DNA from: Botryllus schlosseri
Taxonomy: Eukaryota
DNA length: 64,000 nucleotides
Assembly: GCA_051294905.1 (NCBI GenBank)
Contig: CM119372.1
Span: forward strand, 186,001-250,000
Direction of reading: 5' to 3'
The notes below the pieces were generated by a model. It saw only the letters and a program-made list of their open reading frames with translations, had not been told where the DNA came from and made no database searches. Of this stretch, positions 51,832-64,000 are shown piece by piece. Every line of letters starts with the position of its first letter. Position 1 is the first letter of the stretch. The position numbers and the translations under genes are program-made.

Positions 51832-53860
51832 CAGTGTTGGGATGACTCGAGTCACCTTTTTCGTATGACTTTGACTCATGACTCGAAGCAAAATTCACGA
51901 GTCAATTTCAAGTCATCAAGTAGGGCCTAATCGGTGTCGATGAAATTCGCTGTATCTTGCATATGTTCGGATTGTTCGCAAAACGCTGGTTCTCTCACAA
52001 ATAAATTGACCACAAACGAAGCGATCAAAGCTTACAGCTTACGTTGTCGTAAACTAGTAGTTAAGTAATTTAAAAGCATAATATCTATTTCTGTTCTCTG
52101 TTCTTATACCTTGACCAAATCTCTTGCTTTATTGAAATTGTATTCGAATATAGTTTGTATAGTCATTAACCAGTGGCGCAGGCTCGACTTGTATCATATC
52201 AATATGTAAGTGGGTAGGGTATAATGTATTGCATCGCATCAATTCGTTTCTCTAGTCTCTATTCACTATTTTGGCTGGTAAACTGAGGCTATACAATTAC
52301 TTGCGTAGTTTACAGAGGTGGTCAGTAACGAAGTACTTCTACTTTTTCGAAGTACTCAAGTAGTTTTCCTCTACTTCTGGTACTTACTCAAGTAGATCTG
52401 ATTTTCGCTACTTGTACTTCTATTTCGTAATATTTTGTGATATACTTACTTACTTTTCGCTATTTTCATTTTGTCAAGTAGAAGTAGTTCAATCTGCCAA
52501 TCAGGAAGATAGCCTGAGGAATTTCGGGGCCGTTTTCACGGAGTATTAACATATAATTTTCATAAAAGTTTATAAAGCCCAGAATTTTCGTCGCGCCTCG
52601 CGCGCATTGCTGGATACGGAGTAGCCAGTATGATTTCACGAAAGTATCGGTGAATATAATTTAGGTAGAGGGTTGGCGTTGTTCCGTTCACACCACATTG
52701 TCGCCCTTCGTCCATATCAAATGATTCATCACAGCAGTATATATGGCTCATCATAACGTTTGAAACTGATGTTTCGCAATCTAGCATTTACTTGTCATAT
52801 CGTAATCTAGCATGTCCAATGGCGTGTCAAAATCTGGAAAAGTGGATTCTGATATTTTTTTAGTTTCAGAGTTATTTAGCATACTACCTTTGAAACTTTC
52901 TGGACTAAAAACATGAAATACATGTTCTGCTTTCAGAAGTAGTATTTATATTTTACTTTCAATTCCCAGTATCATACACTTTGAGTTATAATTATTATCA
53001 GTTCTTTTGTGCGGATAACATACATGTTGAAGTAAAAAAGCAAGTGTAATAATGCCTTTAATTTCTGGAAAGAAAGCAGGACAATATGGCATTTTTACGG
53101 TCCACCATATTTTTTATTTACGTTTACTAATCGCGCAAAGTGTTTACAGCGTATTCTATACAACTTCTCCGTATTGCTCTTCGACTAAACTACGGGCCTT
53201 GTAATATGGGGAATGGCGTCATAACCATGCTATTTTCTAAAACGTGCTGTTCGAGAAAACAGAGGATAGGCATCACATTTCCATATCAATACTATCACTT
53301 TCATCCCATGATGTGGACAAAACTTATGCTATCGAAAATTGGATACCTGTTGGTATGCATCAATATTAATCAAGCTCGTCACCTATCGCATAGCTCAAGT
53401 TGCACCTTTTTGCAATCCATGTGAACGAATTAGGATCGTTTTCATAACTACTTACTTACTTGAGTACTTTTTAAGTCAGTAAATTCTACTTCTACTTCAA
53501 GTGGTTTTAGGTTGCTTATGGAAGAAGTACTTCTACTCGTACTTGAGTAGATTTTTTCGTCACCACTTCTACTTCTACTTAAGTAGATTTCTTGACTACT
53601 TTGACCACCTCTGGTAGTTTAACAGTTCTAAGTATATGTGAGCGATACAGCGCCTTTTAGCGTGCATATTTAACTTTATATTCGTTCATCGGCTCAAAAT
53701 CAATCACCACTCAATCTGTATTTCAAACGGCTAGCAAAATGCAATGCCGTAATCATGGCTCATACTTCGAAAAGGTAACTTATTGACTTGACTCGTGACT
53801 TGACTTGACTTGACTCGAAATGACTCGTGACTCGAAGGTAGTGACTTGATTCCAACACTG
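51832..53860. mobile_element. Inverted copy of the 5576-6542 MITE family with a nested hAT at 52313-53613
   Basis: CAGTGTTGG ends; nested element CAGAGGTGGTCA / TGACCACCTCTG with TSD GTAGTTTA. Confidence 0.85.
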
Positions 53861-54076
53861 CCTTTTGAAATGCCAATTCTAACTCAAATATCTCACAGCT
53901 CATTTGCAATTCAGTAATTCATATTCACAGTTATTAGTTAGTTGTGTTTTAGTTAGTTAGATTCGGATATTTGAAGTCTCTAGTTTTGAAAATACAGCAG
54001 CTTATTCAAGTCTGGTAAGAACGTTTCGCGAATACTCTCTCAGTTTTATCACAATAATGCCGGATCGCTTGTAGCT

Positions 54077-54149
54077 GCCGCCATAGCTCAGTGGTTAGAG
54101 CACTGGTCTTGTAAACCAGGGGTCGTGAGTTCGATCCTCACTGGTGGCT
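54077..54149 (+). tRNA. tRNA-Thr(TGT)
   Basis: GCCGCCA/TGGTGGC acceptor stem, TAGCTCAGTGG A-box, anticodon arm CTGGT-CT-TGT-AA-ACCAG, GTTCGATCC B-box; 73 nt. Confidence 0.95.
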
Positions 54150-54151
54150 TA

Positions 54152-54233
54152 GTTGTCGTGGCCGAGTGGTTAAGGCGACAGACTAGAAATCTGTTGGGCT
54201 CTGCCCGCGCAGGTTCGAATCCTGCCGACAACG
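54152..54233 (+). tRNA. tRNA-Ser(AGA)
   Basis: GTTGTCG/CGACAAC acceptor stem, ACAGA-CT-AGA-AA-TCTGT anticodon arm, long variable arm GGGCTCTGCCC, GTTCGAATCC; 82 nt; T-run terminator at 54236-54240. Confidence 0.95.
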
Positions 54234-54658
54234 GGTTTTTATTCGAATTCAATTAGATTATATTTGCATGCATAATTGCATATTGGAAATTTTCATCTCC
54301 TAAATCTTGGTAAAATTTGATTCATATCTTTCAAATAGGTATCAATTTGTTGTTACAGAAGCAGAAAACAAATGTCGTCGTTTGGCGTAGATTGTGCTAA
54401 CTGTGTTCTGTTGCTTAGAGCAGTGGTTCTCAACCGCTGGTCCGCGGACCGGTGCCGGTCCGCCAGGGCCAGGTGAATGACAATTATATACCTTAAATTC
54501 AAGATTCAATGCAAAAGGCTTGTCCATTGATCAAATAAATAAAACATCAAATTTTAAACTGATTCAGAACTTCTTGAGGTAACACTAGGGCTGGAAACAT
54601 GTTCGATTTGACTTAAAGCTCAAGACGTGTCATTTGACGACATGCAGATAAGACCGAG

Positions 54659-55222
54659 ATGCTCGTTTTAAATAATGCCATTCATAATTTCACTGTGAAC
54701 GTCAATCATAAACAAATCTCAATATGTGACTCAGCAAAATATCTCGGCGTCACCATTGATTCCAAATTGTCTTGGAAGCAGCATATTGAATGCACAATAT
54801 CAAAACTAGCTCGGTGTGTGGGAATAATGACCCGTCTCCAATCTTTGGTTTCCAGATCAGTGCTACGAACCATCTACTTCTCTCTTTTCCACTCTCATCT
54901 GCAATATGGAATCGTAGTATGGGGAAATGCATGCACAACATTTTTGTGCAGAATTCGAACCCTGCAAAACCGTGCGATACGGCTGATCTCATCTGTACCT
55001 TTACGTACCAATTTATCGCCTTACTACCGTAAGCATCAAATTTTGCGAGTTGATGAACTATATCGCTTCGAAGTATCAAAAGTTGTTCACAAATATTTTT
55101 CCAATAGTCTGCCTACTGTGTTTGATGACTTTTTCATACCTGCTAAACATGTCCATTCCCATTACACGAGATCCTCGTCTAAAGGAAACATCTACTTACC
55201 CCCACACAACTCTACTCGGTGA
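54659..55222 (+). pseudogene. LINE ORF2 fragment (RT thumb and C-terminus), CR1/L2 group
   Basis: AKYLGVTIDSKLSWKQHI...YFSLFHSHLQYGIVVWG...LQNRAIRLI...HSHYTRS. Confidence 0.9.
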
Positions 55223-55569
55223 TATCGAATGCTTCTCATTCATAATATTCTTATTTGCGTCACTTTTAACAGTTTCAGGTAGCATTTTCAAGTATGCCCT
55301 ACTAGTATTGATAGACGAAATAATATCAGCGTGATAACTTTACTATTCTTTGAAATTGCAATGAAATGCCTGTCCTGGTAGACCCAGTCTCGAGTCATAT
55401 TACTTGGTCCGAGTCATGTACAATGACTCGAGTACAAGTCAAGTCAATACACAAATTGACTCGAGTCATTACAACCATGATGAACATAAATCATAGCGTA
55501 TTTATTTGAAACTTTTTCCAACATTTTTCAATTTCTTTTCGCTCTTTCCACGATTTAGTGTCACTAAAT

Positions 55570-56016
55570 TAGGCTTACCATATTTTGGAAATCTAAAAAG
55601 AGGACACTTTTTCAACAATTTGAGACTTGCAAAACCGGAGAAGAATTCTCAAAAACCGGTGAATTTTTCCCACTTTGTGATCGGTTGACTAAAAAAAAAA
55701 AAAAAGGTCTTCTTTCCGCTCAGAGCTCAAAATACCGTTTTTCTCTCCGCATTGCTAGGTGGATGACTAAAAAAAAGGTCTTCTTTTCGCTCAGAGCTAA
55801 AATCACCGTTTTTCGCTCCGAAATACCCGCCGGAGAGCGTCACTTCTGTGCTAATTTACGGTATATCACTCGCAATTTGCTCTAAATCTGACCTAAATTT
55901 TCAAAAAAGAGGACAAAATCTCAAAAAAGAGGACAAAATGGCGTCCTCCTAGGACACTTTCAAAAAAGTCAAAAAAGAGGACAAATCCTCTTAAAAGAGG
56001 ACGTATGGTAACCCTA
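55570..56016. mobile_element. hAT MITE with AGGAC repeats (partial copy at ~50202-50300)
   Basis: TAGGCTTACCATA / TATGGTAACCCTA; TSD CACTAAAT. Confidence 0.85.
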
Positions 56017-56349
56017 CACTAAATGTCTTGCATATTAGGTGCCCGTCTCCGAGAAATACGCATGATTTATAGAAATAGGCATTTGGGCGTCAGCCATTAC
56101 CACGCCATGACGTACCAACACATAGTAATGAAGATTAGGCTAACATGGGACTCCGAAAGGCGTGCCAAAAATACGACAGCGAGAAAACCGATTCAGTCAT
56201 GAATAGTGGAAAATTTTCGCTATTGACGCGATTAAGCTACTTATACTCTTTGCTTACACTGAGTAGAATGAATGTGCTCACAAGTACCGGTGAAAATCCT
56301 CCCAATTGTGGCTTTATCGTCATGTGGGGAAAAAGATCAACGCTTTTGG

Positions 56350-59054
56350 AGTCAGTCAGTCAGTCAGTCAGGTTTAATAATATTTTCATCTTTTCAAAAC
56401 ATCACAAGACTGCGATACAATGAAAAGATAGGAGGGTGTCGAAACAACTTGGAGTAGCCATTAAGATCAGACACCCACCTTAGCCTAGGCGAAGTAAATA
56501 AGAGGCATGCACACTGAATGAAAAGTAATGCAGAGAAATATAAGACGCAAGCGACAAAATGGGGTGGCATGTGGCGGAGGGCGAGGTCGATGTTAGGTCG
56601 TGGTGCGGTAATCCTGAAGACTGGCTAGTGTTGATTTAGAAGAAATTGCTTGTATTTCGACTTGAATGCGGACATGCTCGACGACTGACGGATAGCCGGC
56701 GAGATGCTGTTCCACAATTGGGGTCCGGCATACTTGATAGAGCAATGCGTTTTCTTGTATTCAGTCCTGATCATATGGTATAGTTGTTCTTCGTTGACGC
56801 GCGTGTGCTGTACTTGTGCGCTTTTGTCTCCGAGGTGAAGTATTCCTTGAAATTTGAGGGACATTGACCGCAATGGAACTGATACATAAACTTGGCAATT
56901 TCTAGCTTCCTCATATCTTCTAAGTTTAGAACACCAAATCTTTTGAGAAGCGATTTATCAGTTGCACATCCAGGCCCCCGTGGGGCTTTGGCAATGATAC
57001 GGATGATCCGATGTTGAAGTTTTTGCAGTGGGTCAATTGTATTCTTGCAGGCAGCACCCCAACAAAGAATTCCGTATTGTAACTTTGATAGGAATAGAGA
57101 GTTGAAGAGTATCAACAGCACGCTGACTGGCAGAATGTAGCTAAGGCAGCGAAATAGACCACATACCTTCGATAGTCGTGGTTTGAGTGATTGTATGTGA
57201 CTCTTCCAGGACATGTCCGAATCCAGTAAAACACCAAGGTATTTGGCGTTTTTAGTGTTGGAAATTGGTTGGCCAGCGATGTCAACGGTTAGGTTATCGC
57301 AGGAGTTCACGACCAATAATTGGGATTTCGCAGCATTAACCCGAAGGCTATTATGGGACGTCCACTCATGCACTTTGGGCATTTGATCACTGGTGACGGC
57401 ATTCAAGCTTGCGGTAGTAGGTGCGTGAGATAGGAGGTGAGTATCGTCAGCGAAGAGTGTGGTATTCAATGATGAGGTTTCAAAGATATCATTGACATAT
57501 AAAGTAAAAAGGACAGGTCCAAGAACAGAGCCTTGCGGAACACCACAGGTAACAAGGTGGGGGGAGGACAAAGTGTTGGATATCGAAACCATTTGATATC
57601 TCCCAGTAAGGTAGCTTTTCATGAGCTCTAGTTGTGGACCCCGGAACCCGTAGCGCGCCAATTTTGAGAGAAGAATACTGTGATCGACGCAGTCAAATGC
57701 TTTTTTTAAATCAAGAAAAATGTTACATCCCACACTTCGTTTCTCCAAGATGTCATAGTACTGTTCAGCCACTGTTAGCAGGGCATGCGAGGTTTGATGT
57801 TTTCTGCGGAAGCCGAATTGTTGTGGAGAAATGATAGACATCTTGGCGAGGAACGAAGACAGGCGGGAGAGGAGCAATTTTTCGAAAACAATTCCAATAC
57901 ACGGTAGGACAGATATAGGTCGGTAGTTGGTGACATTAGTTCTATCTCCGGCTTTGTAAACCGGGACAACTCTGGCAGTTTTCAGATAATTCGGGTAGAC
58001 ACCATTTTCTATCATGAAATTGAAAAAATGGGCGATGAGATGACCGATGTGTAGGCTAATCAGTTTTAAAAACCAGGCTGGAATTAGATCATATCCAACT
58101 GCCTTGTTAGATTTAAGTTCATGTATGGCAAGTACCACTTCCGTGGAAGTTGCTGGCTCGAGCAAGATGGATTGGGATACTGATTTAACCTCAGGCCTGG
58201 CCGACGCAGGTTTAGAAATAGATGAGGCGATATTAGGCCCTACATTGCAAAAATATTCATTGAAGTAATTTGAGATTGCCGCAGGATCTGTCAGATTGTC
58301 CCCGGTAGTCGAGTTCGTGATTTGCGAGACAGGCATGGGGCGTTTTTTCTGGTGCAAGAGCAATTTAATTCTTGACCAGGTTTTTCGAGTGTCCTTCTTA
58401 TGTTTGTTGAAGAATTTCGCGTTAGCTTTCGCTTTTGCCTTGGAGATATGATGGGAGATGAGATTTCTGAAGCGTCGAAATCTTTCTCGTTCGTCTTGTG
58501 AGGTGTCCTTGGTATCGAGTCTGTGATGCCACCGGTTACGTTTTCGGATCAGCTGCACCAACTTTGAAGACATCCACGGTACCCTGTTCAATTTTCGACG
58601 ACTTCTTGAGATGCGTTGAAGAGGTGCAAATTTATCTATCAGCCCTTTGATGGTGAACATGAACTCCCCAAATTGATCGTCAAAGTTGCTTTTGGTGATG
58701 TGTGGGAGAGTAGACGGATGAAAGAGATTGAACGAGGCCTCGTTGAGGGCATCTTCGTCAACGGATTCAGGGTGTCTGCTGAAGTGATGAGATTCAGCAG
58801 GTATGCGTTGTTGAGATAATATGCAGCCGATATAATAGTGGTCTTTTATTTTAGCAGATATAACAAAAGGGAACATTTCTTTGTCAAGCACGTTCGAATA
58901 CAAGTGGTCAATTAAAGTGCTTGATTTCTCGGTGATTCTCGTGGGCTGCGTGATCATTTGGCAGAGACCAACGGCTTTAACGGTGTTGGCGTATGAGTTC
59001 GATCTCCTATTGAGAAGATCTATATTAATATCGCCCATAATGAAACAGATCTTT

Positions 59055-59096
<42 letters not shown>

Positions 59097-59761
59097 TTTA
59101 TTTTCATCGAACCAAAATACATAACAAACGGCAGTGATGGTGGTACAGAAAATATGCGTGCACAGTATTCGGTATTAGATAGGAATGATCGATAAGACCG
59201 TGAAGGTCATCTAGTCTGATCACACCAGCATCTTGCACTGTTGATTTTATCCATGCTGTTTTCCATTGCCTCGGTGAATTCAGCGATTTTGTTCTTACTA
59301 TTAGGATGGTGGTATAATACTGCAACGAGAAATGATTTGTGTTTGCCGATTGGGTGGTCGATTTCTAGCCACAATTCTTCGCATTGCTCAATATTCAGGT
59401 TGTATTCCGAACAGATTTTGTAAGATATGTCATCGTCTACGTATATACCAACTCCGCCGTAAGTTTCGGGCGCTGGGATATATTCGAAGTTATAGCCCGA
59501 TATATTTACGTTCTCTGAGGGTTAATTCGGAAAATTTACTTCCGAGATTGCTACAAAGGAGGGAGTACTTTCCAAGTCACAGACCAATTTATGAAGATCG
59601 GCAAAATGTGCGCCTTTATTCCATTCAAGCCCTCCCAAATTGGTATGTATGAAGGAGATTTGTTTATCAATAGGGAGTTTTGACAGGAATGATGATGTCT
59701 CTTCAATCGATATGGTGGTGCATTGTTCGACGAGTGGAAAAGTACAGATATTGTTATCCAT
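56350..59761 (-). mobile_element. Near-full-length non-LTR retrotransposon (APE endonuclease plus RT; CR1/L2 group), inactivated
   Basis: EN motifs HTNLGGL, AISEV, GGVGIYV, MGDINID, TLIDHLY; RT motifs YRPISVL, QFGFR, FLDLKKAFD, GVPQGSVLGP, FADDT, KYLG. Lesions: premature TAA at 59522-59524, an insertion at 59059-59230, a frameshift near 56770. Stop at 56625, then 3' UTR and (CTGA)n tail at 56350-56370. Confidence 0.92.
59059..59230 (-). mobile_element. Short retroposed insertion (CR1-like 3' end with (CT)n tail) inside the LINE endonuclease
   Basis: 5-bp TSD TCTTG; removing it restores KINSARKICFIMGD; second copy at ~62549-62707 (+); GACTAGATGACC...GGTC motif. Confidence 0.85.
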
Positions 59762-60575
59762 GTTGTTATTGAGTGCGGGGATGGTAACTGTTCAACTATT
59801 GAAGGCACAACACAGAAATCGATCCCATGGGAGCTAATTATGCATTCGTTTTTGTGTTCCAAAACTACGCACCATTGGAGATAATCCTGTTAACTTTCAG
59901 TTCGAGGGAATTACCATGCGGCAATGGAGACAGTAACAGTCGAATTTGTCAATATGTGACTTACACAAATCTTATGATGCGAACTTCAGATAGACGTAAG
60001 ATCCAAGTTACTAATAATTGTCCAATGATAGCTCCCGATATAACAGCGGCAATATATAAAACCGTTAAGACCTGCAACAGCGACCTTTTGATTCCGTTTT
60101 CCGTGACTCTAAATCCAATTCGCTAATTGTCCGTAAAATATTAGCGGTTTCTGGCTCCCAGTGTTGGTGATCAGATCAATTGGTGAAAGCTATCTATCTT
60201 TATTGACAATATCCACTTCTTGTCTTCAAAATCCTGACTTTTGGAACTGACATAACTGCATATCTTGAGAGCGAAGAAAACACGTCCGCTCGCCTCGACG
60301 TCCTGCGGGTCCACAGCATGTGATAAAAATGATAGTATTGATATGGAAATGCGATGCTAATCCTCTGTTTTCTCGAACAGCACGTTTTGGAGGTGGGCTG
60401 ACGACGTGCTTTTTCGGCACGGATTGCCGGTATAGTTACTGTAAGGTGTTTTCTTGCGTCACGCATTGTATTCGCATCCCATGACATGCCGCCCTAATTC
60501 TTGTCGCTTCCTTTTTCTATACTATCTTCTTTACTTTCATTCAGTGTGCATGCCTCCTCTTTACATCGCCTAGGC

Positions 60576-61943
60576 CAGGGGTTCTCAACCTGGGGGGCGC
60601 GCCCCCCTTGGGGGGCGCGGGAGGCTCTCAGGGGGGGCGCGAAAAATTGACGAAGTCAGTATAGGGGGGGCGCGAGAAATTGACAAAGTCAGTATAAATT
60701 GTACGTGTCTGAACATGTGTTTCACATCCATTATGAGAAGACGATTAATGAATATGAAATTTATTCCATATTCAAGAAAGCTTGCAAAATACAAACTCTA
60801 GCAACAGCGCTCAACTGAGTATAGTCTGATTTCAACTTCATTTAAGCAAATTTTTGAAATTCTTTGGAGATATAGAGAGCAATTCCCACGTGTAGGCTAA
60901 GTCATTCATGGCTTCATAGCTTTGACAGTAGCCTAAAGCTTGTCGCGCTGGGCAGCTCTTGTTAGTATAGCTTACGAACTGCACTGCCTAAGACAGACTT
61001 AGATGCAACATAGGTTACCCGGTTTCGCCCTCAATTAGGCTATAAATCAACACAATTAATTCATTTCGAAAACTGATCAAATTTAGCCTGGCAGGACAGA
61101 ACGACGCCTTGCTCTCTGTACTCACTAACAGCATCAGGATTAGTCTCAGGGTGACCTACATTGAAATTAATTGCATGTCTTGTTCAATGTTTTTTGTTAT
61201 TTTCAAACAAATTTGAAGAAATTTGTCAGCAATGTAAAATACTCAACAACTGGAATGCAGATTCAAAATTTGCGTTAGATATACCTTATGTATACTATTA
61301 GATCAGGGGTGGGCAGCCTGCAGCCGTAGAAGGGAATTTGAGCGGCCGTCGACGCCTAATTCAATTAGTATGTGTTGGCGGCCGTAGACATGCAAATTGC
61401 AATTACGAATTCACTCCCGCATTTTCGAGAGATTTTAATTAATCTTGAAATTTTCTTCGCCCTCCGCGCAATTCAACAAGACTTCATTTTTCTATTTTAA
61501 TGCAGTAGCGCCCTTCTTAATCTGAGCCGGAATGGGAATTGGCAAGAAATAGCAATTCGTTCGCGGCCCTGAAAAATTTTCGCGCTCCGCGCGACAATAT
61601 GCACCTCCCGGCAACTATTCATAACATTGCCACTCGCGATTTCGGTGTGTACAATAGGCCATTGTGAAAAGTAAAATAGTCCGGAGTTCACCGGGAATGG
61701 ATATGGACGGTTTACCGTAGGAATTTTGCGTCCAGATCGTTCATTGCGGCTATGCCCTGGAATGCGGCCTTACGCTACATAAGCAATCGAAATGCGGTCA
61801 TGATTATCAAAAACGTTGCCCACCTCTGTATTAGATGATGTGCTCTTTTTGACATGACGACAAATGCAAGGGGGGTCAGGGGGGCGCGAGTTTTTTGACC
61901 ATCTCCAAGGGGGGCGCGTGTCAAAAAAGGTTGAGAACCACTG
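60576..61943. mobile_element. hAT MITE inserted into a LINE-3'-type repeat
   Basis: CAGGGGTTCTCAACC / GGTTGAGAACCACTG; TSD GCCTAGGC; the host repeat resumes and ends in (GAT)n at ~62066-62083. Confidence 0.88.
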
Positions 61944-62548
61944 GCCTAGGCCAAGGTGGGTGTCCGATTCCATAGACAACTCCTAGTCGCTTCGACATCT
62001 TCCTTTCTTTTCATTGCATCGCATTTTTTGTGGTGTATTGAACTGATAAAATTGCTAATAAACCAATGATGATGATGATGATGAGTTGCCAGAGTAGCCT
62101 ATGCGTCCGGTGGCAGTGGGCAATGAGCAAGGTAGCACAAGTTGCTTGGCTCGACTACGAAACGCTTCTTGTATCGATATTGTCAAAGAGAAGAATGTTA
62201 TTCGAGTTGGCGTGGTCGGTTAAACCCACGGCCTTCGGCACGAAAGACTGTAAACGACTCTCGGCGGTAGCACGTTTATCTGGATAAGGCAATTTTACAT
62301 CGACTCAGCAGACTGACTACCATAAAATCACATGGATGCCATCGTGAAGATAATTAATCACGATGAAAACCCTCCAAATGTCACTCTCTAGCATCATATA
62401 ACTGCAAAAAACGGCTGCATGCTTTACATTTTGGCTTAATTCAATTTTGAAAGTTCACCGGTCCGCCAGTCATTTTTTTGAAATTTTACCGGTCCGCGAG
62501 GTGAAAAAGGTTGAGAACCACTGGTTTAGAGTCAAGTATACCTGTTTG

Positions 62549-62707
62549 ATGCTGGTGTGGTGTGATCAGACTAGATGACCTTCCCGGTCTTATCGATCAT
62601 TCCTATCTAATACCGAATACTGTGCATGCATATTTTCTATACCACCATCAGTGCTGTGTGTTATGTATTTTGGTTGGATGAAAATAAGACTATCTCTCTC
62701 TCTCTCT
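62549..62707 (+). mobile_element. Second copy of the CR1-like short retroposon
   Basis: Matches the reverse complement of 59059-59230; (CT)n tail. Confidence 0.8.
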
Positions 62708-63234
62708 TGTGTGATGTGCTTGCAGCCATTGCTAGCTCAGAGTCGTCGCTACTAACAGTGGCGTAATTTTGGGAGTGAGTTTTGGGGTCGAAACAATCCC
62801 ATTTCAAACTCGAAACCCCCTCCTTTAAAATACCCGCATTCTATCTATAATACTTCTATACTCATTTGCAATTCAGGATTCGTTTTACCAGTTACTATAG
62901 CTAGTTCTAGTACTATTTTTATAGCACCAGCAAACCTATTTTGAACCTTTTGGTGCTTCGGCGCTATGCTAGCAGTGTTTGAAAGCCAGGAATTAAGCTA
63001 CTATTGTTATTCAGAGTGCATGCCTCCTCTTTACATCGCCTAGGCCAAGGTGAAGGGCTGATTTTAAAGATTACTCAAAGTCCTTGCTTCACCTTCCTAT
63101 CTTTTCATTACATCGCAATTTTTGATAAAAATTGCTAATAAGCCGAACTAACGAATCAGCAAACGAACTACAGAATACGATGCCAAAGAAATCAGCGCTT
63201 TCACATATCGGTTAATGAGTGATCGGTCGACGGT

Positions 63235-63307
63235 GCCGTCGTAGCTCAGTGGTTAGAGCACTGGTCTCGTAAACCAGGGGTCGCGAGTTCGAATCTCGCC
63301 GATGGCT
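63235..63307 (+). tRNA. tRNA-Thr(CGT)
   Basis: GCCGTCG/CGATGGC acceptor stem, CTGGT-CT-CGT-AA-ACCAG anticodon arm, GTTCGAATC, immediately followed by a T-run. Confidence 0.95.
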
Positions 63308-63707
63308 TTTTATATATTTTGATCTAGCGCTGTAGTAGGGCTTATCTATCATCATCATTGGCAATCGCGATAATGAATTTAGTTAGTTACATCATTAGTA
63401 GTTGTAGTTTGATGAATTCAGAACACTGGAAGACATCACAATAGCCAGAAATTAGGAATTTATTCAATCCGACAAGTACAGAACTTATAGTTAAATGGAA
63501 TAAAATATATGGAATAATATATTTAATAATATTCTGTACTAGTCAAAGCACCGATAGTCGTCAAAATTGCCACGCAATTACGAATTTATTCAACCCTGAA
63601 CAATTTTATCAAAGAAACACTGTTGTAGACAGAACTTTAATATACAACTGAATAATTCTTCTTTCCAATTCTCTACTATGAGTCGCTGACCATTACCCAT
63701 GACGACT

Positions 63708-63890
63708 GTCATCATCATCATCATTGGTTTATCAGCAATTTTATCAGTTCAATACACCACAAAAATGCGATACAATGAAAAGATGGGAAGGTGTCGAAGC
63801 GACTTGGAGTAGTCTATGGAATCAGACACCCACTTTGGCCTACGCGATGTAAAGAGGCCAGGCATGCACATGCACACTGAATGAAAAGTG
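63708..63890 (-). mobile_element. LINE-3'-type short repeat with (GAT)n tail
   Basis: Shares the TCAGACACCCAC-TTGGCCTA-GCGATGTAAAGAGG...CATGCACACTGAATGAAAAG core with 4788-5060, 56375-56530 and 63015-63140. Confidence 0.75.
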
Positions 63891-64000
63891 AACCGAAAAT
63901 ATTCAGGTTCATTTCAATAACAATATTGAACTTCAGTACAGTCCGGGGAAGTATGGAGAAAATCTGCAGACAGATGGATTTTGATCTCACGTTTTCATAG

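Larger units (their letters stand above)
54421..62523. mobile_element. hAT MITE expanded to 8.1 kb by nested LINE and MITE insertions
   Basis: CAGTGGTTCTCAACC / GGTTGAGAACCACTG with GGTCCGCG subterminal motifs at both ends; TSD GCTTAGAG/GTTTAGAG. Confidence 0.75.

Noticed and set aside
59059..59122. N-terminus MYFGSMKIKTLSLSLS of the 783-aa ORF
   Set aside because: It comes from a retroposed insertion and its (CT)n tail; the true ORF continues upstream to 59761.

Overview
Eukaryotic, transposon-rich animal genomic DNA (probably a marine invertebrate; not prokaryotic). Two intact convergent multi-exon genes lie in 0.7-31 kb: a 461-aa Ser/Arg-rich disordered protein (+) and a protein with CSPP1-like (F/W)G(K/R)PGxGAP repeats (-). 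There are three tRNA genes, two of them only 2 nt apart. Nested mobile DNA is abundant: hAT/hATm elements and MITEs with 8-bp TSDs, a Chapaev3-like relic, CR1/L2-group LINEs, and Penelope-like GIY-YIG relics with minimal hammerhead ribozyme motifs. The standout is a 15.8-kb element at 34104-49919 with Polinton/Maverick-type ends (AGTAGT...ACTACT, 6-bp TSD CACGAA). It is almost wholly one palindrome of near-identical ~7.7-8 kb arms and has no intact genes, only probable decayed protein-primed DNA polymerase traces. I interpret it as a non-autonomous 'snap-back' Polinton derivative. All calls are by eye; no database searches were run.
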